DNA from: an uncultured Opitutales bacterium
GTDB taxonomy: Bacteria > Verrucomicrobiota > Verrucomicrobiia > Opitutales > CAJWYM01
Reading direction: 5' to 3'
NCBI GenBank assembly: GCA_963924785.1
Contig: CAWUTK010000245.1
Span: 1-39,805, forward strand
DNA: 39,805 nt
The position numbers and the translations under genes are program-made. Shown here piece by piece: positions 37,001-39,805 of this stretch (its first letter is position 1; every line of letters starts with the position of its first letter). The notes under the pieces are model-generated. The model did no database searches, was not told the DNA's origin, and saw nothing but the letters and a program-made list of their open reading frames with translations.

Positions 37001-39805
37001 GGTCGATTCAATTAACTTAATTTCCTCTTTGGTCTCAACTAATTCTGTTTCCAAATCACGAATCAAATTAAGCGATTCATTCGATTCCTTAATTTTCCCT
37101 TTATTTATTTTATTAAACGCTTTTTTCGTTTTAGATAATTCAGACTGCAACGATTTAACCCGTGAAGAATAAGCCCCTTCATCTTCATCCAAAACTTCTA
37201 ACGCATCCTCTAGTTTATTATGAGCAACCTCCAAGTTCGCTTCTAATTTACGGACTTCCTCTGTTAAACTTTTCTCTTTTGCGATGGAGGTTTCTCGAAG
37301 TTGCTGAAATGCCAAACGAGTTTTGGTTAAATCCATCCCCATTTCCATAATATGAGAACCTGCCTTATTTAACATTTCCTTATTTTCATCTCTAGTAAGA
37401 CTCGATATTTTTGAATCATTCAGAGCCTTTTTCAATGAAGCAATCTTATCTTTGCTTTCTTCGGCTTGAGATGAGTGGGTCTTCATTAATTCCGCCTTTT
37501 CTGCCTGAAGAACAGTCACTTGCTTCTTCAGCTTTGCTAACTCTACTGCATCTTTCTTCTTCGTGAACAAATTCTTTTTCTCACTCAACGCTTTAATTGC
37601 TTTTTGAAGTTCAGTAATTTCTGCTTCTCGAGCATTCAAATCTTTCGTTTTATCTTCGACCAGCTTCACTAACTTGCTTTCACCGCGTATGCTCTTTTCA
37701 TGAGCGTCACTTAATTTAGATCCCAATGAAGCAATCTGATTTCGACTTGCTTCAGCTTGAGACGAGTGGGTCTTCATTAATTCCGCCTTTTCTGCCTGAA
37801 GAACAGTCACTTGCTTCTTCAGCTTTGCTAACTCTACTGCATCTTTCTTCTTTGTGAACAAATTCTTTTTCTCACTCAACGCTTTGATTGCTTTTTGAAG
37901 TTCAGTAATTTCTGCTTCTCGAGCATTCAAATCTTTCGTTTTATCTTCGACCAGCTTCACTAACTTTTTCTCACCGCTTATGTTCTTTGCATGAGCTTCA
38001 CTTAATTTAGCTTCCAGAGATGCAATTTCAGCAAGAGATGATTTACGCTGACCAAGTCCCTCATTTGTCAACCTCTCTTTCTCCGCCATTAAATCAGATA
38101 CTTTCCCCTTCAAACCCTCTATTTCCGCAGCATCTTTCTTTCGTGTAAACAGGTTCCTCTTTTTACTTAACGAAACAATTTTTTCTTGTAACTCAGTAAT
38201 TTTACTCTCCCGAGCCTTTAAACGTTCGGATTTTTCTTCAATCAAAACAGTGAGACCGGACTTAGCATTTTTCAATTCAACTTCAAGCCCATGAATTTGA
38301 GCCGATGTGATTTTATTATTCTTTTTTGTCTCCTTGTCATGAAGTGACATTATTTTCCTCAAATCCGTCTGAGCAACTTCCAACTCTGACTCCAATTCAT
38401 CAATTCGTCTTTCTTTAGACTTTAAGCTTTTCTTATCCTCAGTTTTAGTGGCAAGCTTCTTTGCTTTTTCAAGCTCGGCATTCAGTTGAGCAATCTGCCT
38501 CCGATAAGTATGAACTTCAGCCTCTTTTTTCTCTGCAGCTTGCTTCAATTGTTGGGTCACTAAAGAAACCTCAGTCTCCATAAGCCCGACCTTTCTACTA
38601 TATTCAAATCCCTTATCCTTCAGACGCTTCTCATATAATGCAGACAACTCCTGAATGTCCTCACGAGCTTTAACTAACGGTTTCTTCAATCCGGTAACTT
38701 CTTTTTGCTTTTTTTCAACCAACTTCCCTTTGCTTGCCAACTTGCCTAATTTAGCAATTTCTGCCTGAAGTTTACTAATAGATAATTCACTTGCTTTAAT
38801 TTGATTCAATTTGCCCGAACTTTCCTCCTCAAATGTTTTTTGCAAATCGGAAAAATCCTTCTTTAACAATCGCTCATTTGCCAATAACCCCTTCTGCACT
38901 TGCATTTCGGCCTCGAGTGCTTTCTTCGATACAAATAACTCTCTCTCTAATGTTTCAACTAATAACGTTGTTTGCTCTTGAACTAAAAGCTTCTCAACGC
39001 CTAATGCACCAATCCTTTTCTTTGAATCAAGCAATGACATTTCTAACGATTTCACTTTTTCTCCTAACACCTTAGACTCACTCTTTAAAAGGGCATTCAC
39101 CTTATTAAGGTCTTTCTTAGAAGCTATCAATTGAGATTGTAAAGCTTTTATTACGGTTTTCGCCGCATCTAACTGTCCACTATTCCCAGAAGTCAATTTC
39201 CCCACTGCATCTTTAGCAATCGATAACTCCTTACGGACTTTATCAATTTGATTTTTTGACGCACTTTTTTCTGCCTGCAACTCTTTAGACAGAGAAGCAA
39301 ACCTCTTGTTGGAAGAAATCAGCTCAGTCTCAAGCTCCTTCATGGTCTTCTTCAATTCCTCATTCTTCGCAAGACCTCCGCCCTTTAAGATTTTCAATTC
39401 TTTGCGTGCTTTTATCAAGTCGCTATTTAACTTGTCGCGTGTCGCGAAATATTTCTTCTCCTTCGTAAAAACAGCTTTCTCTTTTTGCTTCAACAACTCA
39501 TTCGCACTAATCAAGCCCTGTTCTAATGACTGAATAGCCCTACTAGCAGTTGAGGCATCTGATTTGCGAAGTTCTCTCTCAACTGACATTTGTTTTTGAG
39601 CTTCCTCTAACGCATTTTCCAGATCTGTGACTTGTTTTAAATAAATCGCTTTTTCTTCTCCAAAACCGGTAGTTGAATTTTCCAATTTGGACTGAGAGCG
39701 ACGAAGCTCCACTTCAAGTTTCTTTATCAACTTCATCACATCAACCTCTCTATCGGAGTTTGATGCAGCGGACAGTTCAATTTCTTTTCTAAGAACACCC
39801 AACTC
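31073..39805 (-). CDS. Giant coiled-coil protein (>2900 aa, N-terminus outside window) with a C-terminal beta-sandwich-like domain
   Basis: Uninterrupted 8.7-kb frame open to the window edge; K/E/L/S-rich heptad pattern; last ~140 aa globular (TDGAGRFSIGEIPSGDYFFIG...VWSQQV.L..G.N.VVLD). Confidence 0.85.
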   Translation of the reverse strand, partial: ELGVLRKEIELSAASNSDREVDVMKLIKKLEVELRRSQSKLENSTTGFGEEKAIYLKQVTDLENALEEAQKQMSVERELRKSDASTASRAIQSLEQGLISANELLKQKEKAVFTKEKKYFATRDKLNSDLIKARKELKILKGGGLAKNEELKKTMKELETELISSNKRFASLSKELQAEKSASKNQIDKVRKELSIAKDAVGKLTSGNSGQLDAAKTVIKALQSQLIASKKDLNKVNALLKSESKVLGEKVKSLEMSLLDSKKRIGALGVEKLLVQEQTTLLVETLERELFVSKKALEAEMQVQKGLLANERLLKKDFSDLQKTFEEESSGKLNQIKASELSISKLQAEIAKLGKLASKGKLVEKKQKEVTGLKKPLVKAREDIQELSALYEKRLKDKGFEYSRKVGLMETEVSLVTQQLKQAAEKKEAEVHTYRRQIAQLNAELEKAKKLATKTEDKKSLKSKERRIDELESELEVAQTDLRKIMSLHDKETKKNNKITSAQIHGLEVELKNAKSGLTVLIEEKSERLKARESKITELQEKIVSLSKKRNLFTRKKDAAEIEGLKGKVSDLMAEKERLTNEGLGQRKSSLAEIASLEAKLSEAHAKNISGEKKLVKLVEDKTKDLNAREAEITELQKAIKALSEKKNLFTKKKDAVELAKLKKQVTVLQAEKAELMKTHSSQAEASRNQIASLGSKLSDAHEKSIRGESKLVKLVEDKTKDLNAREAEITELQKAIKALSEKKNLFTKKKDAVELAKLKKQVTVLQAEKAELMKTHSSQAEESKDKIASLKKALNDSKISSLTRDENKEMLNKAGSHIMEMGMDLTKTRLAFQQLRETSIAKEKSLTEEVRKLEANLEVAHNKLEDALEVLDEDEGAYSSRVKSLQSELSKTKKAFNKINKGKIKESNESLNLIRDLETELVETKEEIKLIESTARKEILLVNKEKKDVIEIAKGNIQSLEKTIKQLEIENESFKATESGQPVEALRRSISKLSAQVEEKKSIEKKLSQLERESLDYSKKKVNLEDKVKQLTMSSTKQLEAINGLKERLNLSGSLDSPVKRGGGMGKSKMLNLVKTLEKEFADNLKRFKAKERDYIKKKKESDLKSKKLELEIAEVNKVRNELERELKTQGLEKGKLSELVNSLKKELLESDEDLKDLSKKGKAPLVKELAGLRRKLKASNQSLGEQLVAINEKDRETNALVASLEKHIASLVKEGNKLKARSGNGESEYKRKVASLESDLEKALLASNKSKLRHKSEMEKASKVVKTLESEFAKSKKNSSQPLEKENLKLRNDISAMKKALSSKEHAFDVKGNEYKGIIEKLEDRLGKEISERDRFKKLLVKAEKVTNAEIEELKKELTHLIIEKDDGEKKQLLITRKLTSETEQLEKALAETISKLDSSNKTHLEDLAKKAREVELLKEALEKTSRRLVDVEASGKVRALKKELASARKDADEARSTLAKSSKRLAAEILELKKGLSLADGEIGKLEAALVLKDRSLGGSVKNLEESLAQAINEKKQLEGEISSQREKRLNSVTDLEKNLSELRVEVDVREKLYLKKEDGLREEIFLLKKEFSQSKLDLDKVTKVSSSQDVKTSKLISDLEKELLGAKKNESELQVRLSDEQQKKKLVVSKLESALSKKQLELIARNKVAKVDAQKLTELEKELVDKNDRLKKTLSAQKNEKVVHKKSLAEIEGELQSTLADLSDKNLTINQAKKNEVVSEKKLESLTKELGDLNKVLVRNSTSASKVESILTQKISELELLVEGLNKELSGSKATISKVRSKDVNKISELEKELAQLEIKAGGGARTVIQTKKLKARLSELESDLIKSSKELKKVQQILSKTESSKNNIIIGLEKDLKRLKDKGGSRGENSQTSKNDVSELENKISRLEMENRKANAIIKSLEKEVLAKRAILKEDSGSSRDKSARRLDSALEALALAEEQNIENKKRFDRRRGELDGEIAVLNKRLKSAKGMKSNGSDSEGSSNGDSIALAQQLDLAQSKLSSVMDTLDEQEAASKKQVSFLKKDLSRLQKELSRKNKNDVALEASEAKVKQLTKALAEAKMNSAQEGGRSEDDIARISNELDDVREELALVKKAARDEIAILNSENNKDVSLSQVAIENLGKENETLRMELSIIKKGKKRLEERLNSSAGAGVSSVSKLSSSESQDLRAELEDATTAVMKMQIALQQSNDKLNVLEIENAELGDPRRLAASKDGSGGQRAKDVNMLEKALHDAQGAIVDLNETVRRRDQMIAGLETTLEGALSKEGGFGSQNKTKLFKDLRNRVKVAEDGLVSAKRGIRSKDNELQTMRTELQRSFKEIMSLQMGLEKSNILIKDLTDSDTPRSTASSGNVKQLQSQLVAADKTIDALKRQLSDASARINSMSVAPNLNKSGSEPDEAEVRSIIADLDSKLVEVNGQLVTTINELSKAKKVLVTKYEENELAQLKIADQAIALREVTSLRNQVADLRVNKRLSGSEGNRSDESQLDALRGDLEKSRSTIANLQRAFEAENKKVVSLEVELSQAISNIDSGSSKDMSNLEAQLVNIRGLNRNNELALASSEKQLQATSSVLVVSQMNFKKVNDRAISLENQLLAFKNAPSQVDLENSIKRLEKENGLLVSDFENIKNLYQKNLAQVLQLQKNLGAANQQVAYYSEQLANQASSSAKKTANQASSASLQQSYQQRELENDQLQKDIAQLKEVNQALQRTIVSSRPVRQEVPRQKALASSTNFELPSSNSSVRDQKRTGVTASTVNRSQPPTSNRRSGGVSIVSFQAKTSNNTPVHYSEFFVLDNSIETILENAGIVIPANRRIGSYSQLWIESLRNGFSYPGVAAKIRRVLRDSSVTRARTDGAGRFSIGEIPSGDYFFIGATTIGGRGTVWSQQVALARGRNNVVLDAQNAALSE
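37464..38045. repeat. Tandem 291-bp (97-codon) in-frame duplication inside the giant coiled-coil gene
   Basis: 37464-37675 and 37755-37966 match at 209 of 212 nt by my alignment, with weaker similarity over the rest of the unit; a third diverged unit lies at about 38046-38336. Confidence 0.93.

Noticed and set aside
37464-38045. Repeat as CRISPR array, IS ends or assembly artefact
   Set aside because: It is a 291-bp in-frame coding unit with no spacers or transposase; synonymous differences and a third diverged copy argue for a real duplication.
3200-39533. The many short alternative-frame or antisense ORFs in the track (e.g. 3200-3475, 18049-18474, 29612-29944, 33876-34181)
   Set aside because: They lie within or largely overlap well-supported longer genes and show no recognisable motifs; treated as shadow ORFs.
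31073-39805. Giant ORF as SMC/SbcC or phage tape-measure protein
   Set aside because: No C-terminal ABC signature/Walker B or hinge is visible, it is far longer than SMC, and no phage genes are nearby; only the unseen N-terminus could change this.
1-39805. tRNA, rRNA, riboswitch, integrase or transposase
   Set aside because: No intergenic gap showed cloverleaf or rRNA-like sequence and no ORF has recombinase motifs; an Rfam/tRNAscan run was not possible.

Overview
AT-rich, densely coding bacterial chromosome segment. Gene content points to Verrucomicrobiota, probably Opitutales (inference from the PV-type microcompartment locus, a pilin-like GFALV giant protein and a sulfatase). Left to right: (i) a 5'-truncated motA, motB and a small Cys-containing ORF; (ii) a 1134-aa prepilin/PilX-like protein with Dx[DN]xN-type repeats plus a partner ORF; (iii) cysK, infA, argG; (iv) a Planctomycetes/Verrucomicrobia-type bacterial microcompartment (BMC) operon (PduL, 3 BMC-H, 3 BMC-P, acetate-kinase family, acylating aldehyde dehydrogenase, class II aldolase, LDH/MDH family) with a divergent DeoR regulator and an adjacent sulfatase; (v) rlmN; (vi) a TPR-TPR-exbB-exbD-exbD-yraN-zwf run with no TonB; (vii) kdsB, pdxA, lpxA; (viii) a >2900-aa coiled-coil protein, open at the window edge, with a recent 291-bp internal tandem duplication and a stop codon overlapping the lpxA start. 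No rRNA, tRNA, CRISPR array or mobile element was seen. The best candidates for something undescribed are the TonB-less ExbB/ExbD/ExbD + periplasmic TPR module and the lpxA-coupled giant coiled coil (a possible envelope-spanning machine), and the altered active sites of the BMC kinase and dehydrogenase. All family calls are from motif recognition by eye; no searches were run.
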